A DNA stretch of 64,000 nt. It comes from Bacillota bacterium (lineage in GTDB: Bacteria; Bacillota; Clostridia; Acetivibrionales; DTU013). The stretch lies in contig JAEYON010000068.1 in assembly GCA_023411645.1 (NCBI GenBank), positions 44,599 through 108,598 on the forward strand, in the 5' to 3' direction. A program made the position numbers and the translations under genes. The notes beneath the pieces are model-generated. The model searched no databases and was not told where the DNA came from. It saw only the letters and a program-made list of their open reading frames with translations. Positions 1 through 8,216 of the stretch are shown here, piece after piece; position 1 is the stretch's first letter, and each line of letters begins with the position of its first letter.

Positions 1-3000
1 CTCAGCCTCGGTGAACAGCTCGCCTGCCAGTTCCGGGAATGTGTTCATGAGCTGTGTATATCGGACCTCACCCTTCAGGAAGTCCTGGAACGGTTCGGTT
101 GGTTCTTTGGATTCCAGCACGAACGGGTTTTTACCTGCGGTTCGCAGCTCGGGGTTGAAACGGTACAGGTGCCAGTAACCTGCATCCACTGCCCTTTTTT
201 CCTCTGCAATACTGGTACCCATACCGGATTTGATGCCGTGAGAGATACAGGGCGCATACGCGATGATCAGTGAAGGACCCTTGTAGTTTTCCGCTTCAGC
301 CAGTGCTTTTATGGTCTGGTTCATGTTCGCACCCATGGCGATCTGTGCTACGTAAACGTATCCATAGCTCATAGCCATCATGCCAAGGTCCTTCTTCCGG
401 ATTTTCTTGCCGGATGCGGCAAATTTGGCTACGGCCGCTGTAGGCGTTGCCTTGGAGGACTGGCCGCCGGTATTGGAATAGATCTCGGTATCCAGCACCA
501 GCAGGTTCACGTCGTCTCCCGACGCCAGCACATGGTCGACACCGCCGTAACCGATATCATAGGCCCAGCCGTCGCCTCCCACGATCCAGAAGGATTTCTT
601 CACCAGAAAGTCTTTCTTTTCAAAAATTTCTTCAAGCAATGGATTACCATTGCGGCTGATACTGCCCAATGCCTCTGCGACTTTTGCGGACGCAACCTTG
701 GACGCTTCGCCGTCGTCTTTTGTATCCAGCCATTGCCTGAAAGCCTGGGCAACCGGTTCCGGCACGCCCTGCGTCAACGCCTGCTGCATCAGATCGGCCA
801 GCTTTGACCTGATCTGGCGTACACCCAGGTACATGCCGTAGCCGTATTCCGCATTGTCTTCGAACAGCGAGTTCGCCCATGCGGGCCCCTTGCCGTCCGA
901 ATTGACGGTATAGGCAATCGAGGGAGAACTGGCACTCCAGATGGAGGAGCATCCCGTAGCATTGGCGATCATCATGCGTTCGCCGAACAACTGGGTGATC
1001 AGCCGCACATAGGGGGTCTCGCCGCAGCCGGGACATGCGCCGTTATATTCCAGAAGCGGTTGTGAAAATTGACTGCCCTTGAGTGTGTTTTTCTCCATAA
1101 GATTATCCTTAGTGGACAGTGTCAGCGCAAACTCCCAATTCCCAAGCTGCTCCTCCGCTTCCTGTTCCGCTGGTTTCATTACCAATGCTTTTTCCTTTGT
1201 TGGGCATACATCCGCGCAGTTGCCGCAGCCGGTGCAATCCAGCGGGTTCACCTGTACGCGGAAGCGGAGATGTTCAAAACCTTTACCGAGCGCCTTGAGA
1301 GTGGTATATCCTGACGGCGCTCTGCCGGCTTCGCTGTCATTCAGAAGGAATAGCCGTATGGTGGCATGAGGACAGACATAGGAGCACCTTCCGCATTGAA
1401 TGCAGTTCTCGGGCTGCCATTGAGGAAGCATAACGGCTATTCCGCGTTTTTCATATGCGGTAGTACCCAGAGGATGAGTTCCGTCCTCTATGCCTGAAAA
1501 GGCGCTGACAGGCAGCTCGTCGCCTTCCATGCGTGCCATCGGCCGCTGTATCCTTCGGATGAAATCGGGCACGTTCTCAGGCTCCTTTTCTTCATCCGCG
1601 GCAGCAGACCAGGCAGGAGGCACTTCCACCTTGTGCAGTGCATCCAGTGACCGATCCACAGCCTGATTATTCATATCAACAATTTTTCGGCCTTTTTTGC
1701 CATAGGCCTTTTCAATGGAGGCCTTCAGGTAGTTTATGGCGTCGTTGACAGGAATGACATTGGACAGCTTGAAGAATGCGGTTTGCATTATCATGTTGAT
1801 TCTGTTTCCCAATCCTACATCACCGGCTATTTTAATCGCATCGATGGTGTAAAAGTCGATTGCGTTTTGTGCGATATACCTTTTAACCTCGTTCGGAAGG
1901 TTGAGCTCCAATCCTTCCTTGTCCCAGGGACAGTTCAGTACAAATACACCCTTTGCTTTCAGCCCCTTCAAAATGTCATAGTTGTACAGGAAGGATTTAT
2001 TGTGGCAGGCGATATAATTGGCGTCGTAAACCAGATAAGGGCTTCGGATGGGCTTTTGGCCGAACCTCAGGTGCGACACCGTGGTGCCGCCGGACTTCTT
2101 GCTGTCATAGGAAAAATATGCCTGAACATAAAGATCTGTATTATCGCCAATGATTTTTATTGCGGATTTATTGGCACCGACCGTACCGTCGGACCCAAGT
2201 CCCCAGAATTTGCAGCTGATTGTTCCCTGAGGTGTTGTCTCAATGGGTTCGCTTTCAGGCAATGATGTGTTTGTCAGGTCATCTGTGATGCCTATGGTGA
2301 ATCCGTCCTTTGGACTTTCGCCGCGCAGGTTGTCAAATACCGATACGATCTGCGAAGGTCGGACATCCTTTGAGCCTAGACCATACCGCCCGCCGACGAT
2401 CGAAGGCCTCCGCCTGCTTGAGTACGGCCCGGACGCATTCTGCCCTCCCGTATTGTACATGGCTTTGCATACGTCCAGATAAAGCGGCTCTCCGGGTGAA
2501 CCGGGTTCCTTCGTACGATCAAGCACAGCTATCTTTTGAGTGGTTTGCGGAATGATATCCATTAAATGTTTTTCGGAAAAAGGTCTATAGAGCCTGACTC
2601 TAACAGCTCCGGTTTTTTGCCCTGAGGCATTGAGATAATCCACCGTTTCATCAATTGTGTCACAGACCGAGCCCATGGCCACGATGACAAATTCAGCGTC
2701 GGGAACGCCGTAATAGTCCATAAGCTTGTAATTTCTGCCTGTAATTCTGCCAATTTCCCTCATATAGCCCTCTGTAATAGCGGGAACTGCGTCGTAATAG
2801 CTATTGGAGGCCTCTCTGCCTTGGAAATAAATATCGGGGTTCTGGGCGGTTCCTCTGGCAACAGGATGCTCCGGATTCAGCGCTCTGTCCCTGAAAGCCT
2901 TCACCGCATTCCTGTCCAGCAGACCGGCCAGCTCATCATATTCGATTGTGCCAATTTTCTGGTACTCGTGGGAAGTCCTAAAGCCATCAAAAAAGTGAAT

Positions 3001-3495
3001 AAATGGCACTCTTGAGCGTATGGAAGATAAATGCGCCACACATCCCAGATCCATGACCTCCTGAACGTTGGAGGAGGCCAGTAAAGCAGCGCCGGTTTGC
3101 CGGCAGGCCATCACATCCTGATGGTCGCCGAATATAGACAAAGCGTGAGCCGCGATAGCGCGCGCAGATACGTGCAGCACTCCCGGCAGCAATTCACCCG
3201 CCATCTTGTATAAGTTAGGTATCATCAGCAGTAATCCCTGTGACGCAGTATAGGTGGTGGTAAGTGCGCCGGCCTGCAGCGAACCGTGCATTGCTCCTGC
3301 AGCGCCAGCCTCGGACTGCATTTCAACGACATTAACTGTTTGGCCAAACAGATTCTTTTTACCGTGCGCCGCCCATTCATCGGTCATCTCCGCCATAGGT
3401 GAGGAAGGGGTGATTGGAAAGATCGCCGCTACCTCGGTGAATGCGTAGGAAGCGTAAGCGGCAGCTTGATTTCCGTCCATTGTTGACATTTTCAT
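1..3495 (-). CDS. nifJ: Pyruvate:ferredoxin/flavodoxin oxidoreductase (PFOR, NifJ type); C-terminal end cut by window edge
   Basis: Absent from the ORF track because no stop lies inside the window. Hand translation of the minus strand from ATG 3495 (AAGGAG about 10 nt upstream) gives MKMSTMDGNQAAAYASYAFTEVAAIFPITPSSPMAE... It contains IVGGRYGLGSKD, ferredoxin motifs CIQCGRCSYVCP and CTGCGNCADVCP, GACPGCGETPY, and the TPP motif GGDGWAYDIGYGG. The frame stays open for 1165 codons to nt 1. Confidence 0.93.
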   Translation of the reverse strand, partial: MKMSTMDGNQAAAYASYAFTEVAAIFPITPSSPMAEMTDEWAAHGKKNLFGQTVNVVEMQSEAGAAGAMHGSLQAGALTTTYTASQGLLLMIPNLYKMAGELLPGVLHVSARAIAAHALSIFGDHQDVMACRQTGAALLASSNVQEVMDLGCVAHLSSIRSRVPFIHFFDGFRTSHEYQKIGTIEYDELAGLLDRNAVKAFRDRALNPEHPVARGTAQNPDIYFQGREASNSYYDAVPAITEGYMREIGRITGRNYKLMDYYGVPDAEFVIVAMGSVCDTIDETVDYLNASGQKTGAVRVRLYRPFSEKHLMDIIPQTTQKIAVLDRTKEPGSPGEPLYLDVCKAMYNTGGQNASGPYSSRRRPSIVGGRYGLGSKDVRPSQIVSVFDNLRGESPKDGFTIGITDDLTNTSLPESEPIETTPQGTISCKFWGLGSDGTVGANKSAIKIIGDNTDLYVQAYFSYDSKKSGGTTVSHLRFGQKPIRSPYLVYDANYIACHNKSFLYNYDILKGLKAKGVFVLNCPWDKEGLELNLPNEVKRYIAQNAIDFYTIDAIKIAGDVGLGNRINMIMQTAFFKLSNVIPVNDAINYLKASIEKAYGKKGRKIVDMNNQAVDRSLDALHKVEVPPAWSAAADEEKEPENVPDFIRRIQRPMARMEGDELPVSAFSGIEDGTHPLGTTAYEKRGIAVMLPQWQPENCIQCGRCSYVCPHATIRLFLLNDSEAGRAPSGYTTLKALGKGFEHLRFRVQVNPLDCTGCGNCADVCPTKEKALVMKPAEQEAEEQLGNWEFALTLSTKDNLMEKNTLKGSQFSQPLLEYNGACPGCGETPYVRLITQLFGERMMIANATGCSSIWSASSPSIAYTVNSDGKGPAWANSLFEDNAEYGYGMYLGVRQIRSKLADLMQQALTQGVPEPVAQAFRQWLDTKDDGEASKVASAKVAEALGSISRNGNPLLEEIFEKKDFLVKKSFWIVGGDGWAYDIGYGGVDHVLASGDDVNLLVLDTEIYSNTGGQSSKATPTAAVAKFAASGKKIRKKDLGMMAMSYGYVYVAQIAMGANMNQTIKALAEAENYKGPSLIIAYAPCISHGIKSGMGTSIAEEKRAVDAGYWHLYRFNPELRTAGKNPFVLESKEPTEPFQDFLKGEVRYTQLMNTFPELAGELFTEAE

Positions 3496-3621
3496 ATTGG
3501 AGTACTCCTTCGAAATAAACTATTCTTACTCTTGTAGTATTTCAAAAAAAATCCGTATCATGTATGAATCTATCCATCCATCCATATTGATATGATTACT
3601 GTCAGACACTGTCGGAAAAGT

Positions 3622-3650
3622 TTGAAAAACGTGAAATAATTGTATATAAT
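3622..3650 (+). promoter_or_regulatory. Sigma-A-type promoter for the c-di-GMP/kinase operon
   Basis: TTGAAA (3622-3627), 17-nt spacer, TATAAT (3645-3650), about 45 nt before ATG 3695. Confidence 0.5.
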
Positions 3651-3694
3651 GTTAGGAAGCACATGGATATTGTGAGAGTGTTGATGAGGTACAT

Positions 3695-5659
3695 ATGGAT
3701 AAAAAGCTTGGTAAAATCTTGATCGCCGATGATAATAAAGATATCCATGAGGATATCAGATATATTCTTGATTCCTCTTCTGAGGAAATTGATGATTATC
3801 AAGAAACCAGGCTTCTGAAAGAGGAACTCTTCGGCGAAAGCAGTATTATCGGTAAAAACGAGCCGACCGTTGACGTAAAGTATAGGATTGACGACGCATT
3901 CCAGGGAGAAGAGGCCGTCAGGATGGTTCAATCAGCAGTAGCTTCCGGGGATCCATATTCTCTTATATTTATGGATGTCAGAATGCCGCCCGGTATCGAC
4001 GGCATAGAAGCGATCGAACAAATATGGGAAATAGACCCCGATGTAGAAGTTGTGATCTGCACTGCGTACTCTGATTATTCGTGGGACAAGATCGTATTGA
4101 AGCTTGGTCAGAACGATAATTTGCTCTTTATAAGAAAACCGTTTGATAATGTTGCACTAAAACAAATCGCCCTTGCCATGACGACAAAATGGAACCTGAA
4201 AGGTCAAGTGAAGGAATATATAGGGAACCTGGAGAAGCAGGTTACCATGCGCACTACGGAGCTTACAGATTTGGTCGGTCAACTCAAGGATGAAATAGCA
4301 CTGCGAAAGGAAAAGGAAAGGCTGCTGGCGTATAGCGCCCATTATGATTCGCTGACAGAACTGCTGAATAGACGTTCTTTCTATTCCTACGTTTTGTCTC
4401 TATCCGCAGATGAGACATCTAATGGGAATGTACAGAAGTTATCGCTGTTCTATATCGACCTTGATGATTTTAAAAGCGTCAATGATATTTATGGGCATGA
4501 TATCGGAGACAAACTGCTGCTTAAGGTTGCAAAAAGAGTAGAGGCCGTGCTGGCCGATCACGTTTGTACAGTTCCTGACCATATCAGTGACAGCGGAACT
4601 GTAAAAGCTATATACAGGCTTGGTGGAGATGAGTTTACAGCAATCATTGATGCCGATGACACACTAGAGGTTTCGATCATTGCACAAAAGCTGATCGATG
4701 CTATAAAGGAGCCATTTTTTATTTGCGGACATGAACTGATTTCCGGATGCTCTATTGGTATCAGTATTTTTCAGCAGGACAATCTGCCTCCGGATACACT
4801 GCTCAAGTCTGCGGACATTGCTTTGTATGAGGCAAAAAAGAAGCACGGTAGTTATGTGTTCTACGACGAGTCCGAATCAATCTCCCTGCTTAATGAGCTG
4901 AAGATCGAAAGGGATCTTAAAAAGGCTGTTATGAAGGATCAGATCGACATAAACTTCCAGAGACTTGTCAACACACAGGAGGATATCATAGGTGTGCAGG
5001 CCCTGGTGAGATGGCATCATCCGGAGTTTGGAGAGCTTACTGCCGACCAGTTTATTCATATCGCAGAAAAATCAGATCAGATTATCATGCTCGGAACAGC
5101 TGTCATAAAAAAGTCCCTGAGTTATTTGAAGCAGATGCATAAAATGGGCTATGAAAACTTTTTTGTAATGGTCAGTTGTACCGCGAAGGAGTTTTATAAC
5201 CCCGGCTTTGTTGAGATTGTTAAAAACGCCTTGAAGGAGGCTGACATGGATCCGGCCTGCCTGAAGCTAAGTCTGGAGTACAAATTTTCATTCCAGGCGA
5301 CAGCGGGAGCATTGGCTATTATCAGGGAATTGTATGAGTTTGGCGTTCGGTTTGCCATAAATGGTTTCGAAAGTGATTATCCAACCTTTGTATTCCTGCA
5401 GCAGGTACCCAGGGATACAATCATCAGGCTTAACAGGGATTATGTAAAAAATATTGTATCGGACGACAAGCACCGAAGGTTCCTGCTTGCGCTCATTGAT
5501 ATTATCGATACGTGGGATCTTAATGTAATTATCAGCGGAATTGAAACCAGCGAGCAGAAACAATTGATTGATAGCAGGAATTGTATTCTTCAGGGGTATC
5601 ATTTCAGTGTTCCGAAGCCTTTCAGCCAGTTTGTGGAGGAACTGAAAGCAGGAGAATAA
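3695..5659 (+). CDS. Response regulator: REC, coiled coil, GGDEF (intact), EAL-like (degenerate)
   Basis: 654-aa ORF. REC motifs: ILIADDN and FMDVRMPPGIDG. Cyclase motifs: DLDDFKSVNDIYGHDIGD and RLGGDEF. The C-terminal EAL fold ends in QGYHFSVP but has QALVRW, NGFESDY and SGIET where EAL, DDFGTGY and EGVET are expected. Confidence 0.9.
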   Translation: MDKKLGKILIADDNKDIHEDIRYILDSSSEEIDDYQETRLLKEELFGESSIIGKNEPTVDVKYRIDDAFQGEEAVRMVQSAVASGDPYSLIFMDVRMPPGIDGIEAIEQIWEIDPDVEVVICTAYSDYSWDKIVLKLGQNDNLLFIRKPFDNVALKQIALAMTTKWNLKGQVKEYIGNLEKQVTMRTTELTDLVGQLKDEIALRKEKERLLAYSAHYDSLTELLNRRSFYSYVLSLSADETSNGNVQKLSLFYIDLDDFKSVNDIYGHDIGDKLLLKVAKRVEAVLADHVCTVPDHISDSGTVKAIYRLGGDEFTAIIDADDTLEVSIIAQKLIDAIKEPFFICGHELISGCSIGISIFQQDNLPPDTLLKSADIALYEAKKKHGSYVFYDESESISLLNELKIERDLKKAVMKDQIDINFQRLVNTQEDIIGVQALVRWHHPEFGELTADQFIHIAEKSDQIIMLGTAVIKKSLSYLKQMHKMGYENFFVMVSCTAKEFYNPGFVEIVKNALKEADMDPACLKLSLEYKFSFQATAGALAIIRELYEFGVRFAINGFESDYPTFVFLQQVPRDTIIRLNRDYVKNIVSDDKHRRFLLALIDIIDTWDLNVIISGIETSEQKQLIDSRNCILQGYHFSVPKPFSQFVEELKAGE

Positions 5660-5660
5660 A

Positions 5661-8216
5661 ATGGATTATTCTATTAAAACCGGTCCGGTCAAAAAAGATA
5701 GGTATACTATCGGATTTTTGGATGATAACCAGGATAATGATTTCCACAGCCAAATTCTTGCCGGTATTGTTGAAGCTGCAAATGAGCTGAATGTTGATGT
5801 TATAAGGTTTAGCTATTATTCCTCTCACACAGCTTATAAATTCTCCCATCAGGTGGATATGGTGCTGGACCACATCGGTCAGTATCAGCTTGATGGCTTG
5901 ATTTTTCTTGGCTGGACACAGGCCGGAGCTATGTACAATTATAACGATTTTATGAGGCGTTTCAGTGAAATTCCTCTTCTGAGTCTGGGTACCAGCTACG
6001 ATGATATCCCCGCTGTCATCTTTGAAGGAGATAAGTTCGTCAGGGAAATGATACTGCATCTAATTCAGGAACACCATTACAGGAAGATCGCCTACATCGA
6101 AAATAACAGGCCGGACAGCAGAACAGATGCATATGTGCAGACAATGGAAGAGTTCGGCATTTACAACCCGCTGCTTTATGTCAGCGACAGCCAATTGCAG
6201 GGGCTGAGTTTTAGTGATCGTAACAGGCGGGCAGTTGAGATATTGTTAGATGAAAGAAAAATGGATATTGACGCGATTGTTTCCCTAAATGTGGCTGAAA
6301 CGGCTTTCTTATTGGCTGAACTGAACAGACGCGGAATCCAGGTTCCAAGCAATATTGCCGTAGTCAGTTATGAGGATAGTGGTACCGCCAAATACGCTTC
6401 TCCCGGCTATACAACCGTTTATTTCCCGTGGAGGGAACTTGGGTATATGGGATGTGTCAATATAATAAAGCTTCTTCGGGAGGGAAGCATACCTAAAGAG
6501 TATTTATTGAAGGATAAGGGGCGTATCATATACAGGGAATCCTGCGGATGTATGCCTTATTACATAAAATCGGCCGAGGTTACCCGGGTAAAAGCTGTTG
6601 ACCATGGCCTTTCCTGTCTGACAGATAGCGAATTTCTTGCGATTGTCCGATTCATGGATGGCTTGTATAAGGGCTCGGGAATCTGTTCGGAGCGTCTTCT
6701 GAGAGCTTTTATATCTTCATGTATGGATCAGGACAGCTTAACGTTTCTCAAGGAGCTGGACAGGCAGCTTCGCGATACAAAGGAACACTCCAGAGTGGGA
6801 GAACTGATCTCCAATGTCAGAGCCTGTCTCTTCCCGTGGCTGGCCAAAGAAGTTGGGATGCTGCTATGGGCGGGAGATCTGTTTTTACAGTCCCAGGTTC
6901 TGGTCAGTGAGCGAAGTGCAGGCATGCATGGCGGCAACGTACTCAATGCAAGAGTGGCGGATCAGAACATGCAGATCATCAGCCAGATGCTGCTGTTCAA
7001 CTTCAGCCTTCAAAACCTGATAGATTCGCTTGAAAAGGGTATGCCCCTTCTGAATATAAAAAGTTGTTATATATTTATTTCAAACTCTATTTTTAAGGAT
7101 TCAGATGTAGAGGAGGATCTTTTTGATAACAGTGTGCTGCTTTTCAGATACACACACGGAGAAAAAAAGAAGACCTCAGGTACCGCCGGAAGTCTTAGAG
7201 AACAGCTTTCCGAAATACTGACACAGGATCCCGAACGCATATTTCTTGCCTATTTGCTGCATGTAACGGATGAAGTTATGGGCTTTGCTCTGTTCAGCTG
7301 CGGACCCGCGGACGAGAGACTCTATCAGACACTGACTACTAATATCAGCGCAGCCTTAAGTGGTGTTGTTCTCCTGAACAGGCTGAATATTACATACAAA
7401 AAGCTTGTTGATCATGCTCAAAGAGAAGGGATCGCTGACATTGCAACTAATATCCTGCACAATATTGGCAATATTCTTAACAGCATCAGTGTGTCCGTCC
7501 ATTTAATGGAGGAAAGTGCAAAATCAACGGTAATCGAGGATATCATCAAGGCAGGCAAGCTGTTACAAGAGAATATGGATTGCCTGGAAGAATTTATTGG
7601 CGAGGGTGGTAAGGGCAAGAAGCTAATGAAATTTTATCTTAGTCTCGGCCGTACTGCGCAAAAGATGCAGGATCAGCTCATATACAATCTGAACAGGCTA
7701 AAAACAAAGGCGGAGGCAATCAATGAGGCCGTTACCGCACAACAGAGCTATGCTGGTGTAGACGCAAAACTAGAGGAACTCTACGTTGAAACGATCCTTG
7801 TGGATGCTCTGAAATTGAATCAGGATGACCTGGATAAGTTCGAGATCGCAGTTGAGAAGAATATCCTATCGAACTTCAAGGTAGTTGTTAACCGAGCAAA
7901 GCTGTTTTTTATTCTTTTCAATATCATATCAAATGCTAAGGATGCTATGACTTTACCTTTGGTATGGGAAAAAAGACTCATCATTTCCATGTATGAAGAC
8001 GATACCGGAAAATTTGTTAGGATCAGCGATACTGGTATTGGTATATCTGAAGATATATTAAACAGGATATTTGAATATGGGTTTACGACAAAGTCAGGTA
8101 AATATGGCTTCGGCCTATATAGCTGCGCTAGCTACATTGCGGAAATGGGCGGCTCAATCTGGGCGCAGAGCGACGGAGAGGGGAAAGGAGCAGCCTTCAT
8201 TCTCAGGTTTCCGTGA
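5661..8216 (+). CDS. Soluble sensor histidine kinase with N-terminal LacI/PBP1-type sugar-binding-like domain
   Basis: 851-aa ORF with SD GCAGGAGAA before the ATG. The N-terminal ~300 aa resemble the LacI-family ligand-binding core without an HTH (TIGFLDD..., DGLIFLGW, AVVSYEDS). I see no signal peptide or TM run. H-box-like ILHNIGNILNS; N-box NIISNAKDAM; G-boxes DTGIGIS and GFGLYSC. Confidence 0.75.
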   Translation: MDYSIKTGPVKKDRYTIGFLDDNQDNDFHSQILAGIVEAANELNVDVIRFSYYSSHTAYKFSHQVDMVLDHIGQYQLDGLIFLGWTQAGAMYNYNDFMRRFSEIPLLSLGTSYDDIPAVIFEGDKFVREMILHLIQEHHYRKIAYIENNRPDSRTDAYVQTMEEFGIYNPLLYVSDSQLQGLSFSDRNRRAVEILLDERKMDIDAIVSLNVAETAFLLAELNRRGIQVPSNIAVVSYEDSGTAKYASPGYTTVYFPWRELGYMGCVNIIKLLREGSIPKEYLLKDKGRIIYRESCGCMPYYIKSAEVTRVKAVDHGLSCLTDSEFLAIVRFMDGLYKGSGICSERLLRAFISSCMDQDSLTFLKELDRQLRDTKEHSRVGELISNVRACLFPWLAKEVGMLLWAGDLFLQSQVLVSERSAGMHGGNVLNARVADQNMQIISQMLLFNFSLQNLIDSLEKGMPLLNIKSCYIFISNSIFKDSDVEEDLFDNSVLLFRYTHGEKKKTSGTAGSLREQLSEILTQDPERIFLAYLLHVTDEVMGFALFSCGPADERLYQTLTTNISAALSGVVLLNRLNITYKKLVDHAQREGIADIATNILHNIGNILNSISVSVHLMEESAKSTVIEDIIKAGKLLQENMDCLEEFIGEGGKGKKLMKFYLSLGRTAQKMQDQLIYNLNRLKTKAEAINEAVTAQQSYAGVDAKLEELYVETILVDALKLNQDDLDKFEIAVEKNILSNFKVVVNRAKLFFILFNIISNAKDAMTLPLVWEKRLIISMYEDDTGKFVRISDTGIGISEDILNRIFEYGFTTKSGKYGFGLYSCASYIAEMGGSIWAQSDGEGKGAAFILRFP

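Noticed and set aside
2380-2480. Possible frameshift or pseudogene in PFOR, suggested by the odd run ...GPYSSRRRPSIVGG...
   Set aside because: Codon-by-codon re-translation shows the frame is continuous into the conserved GGRYGLGSKD motif. The ORF is missing from the track only because it runs off the window edge.
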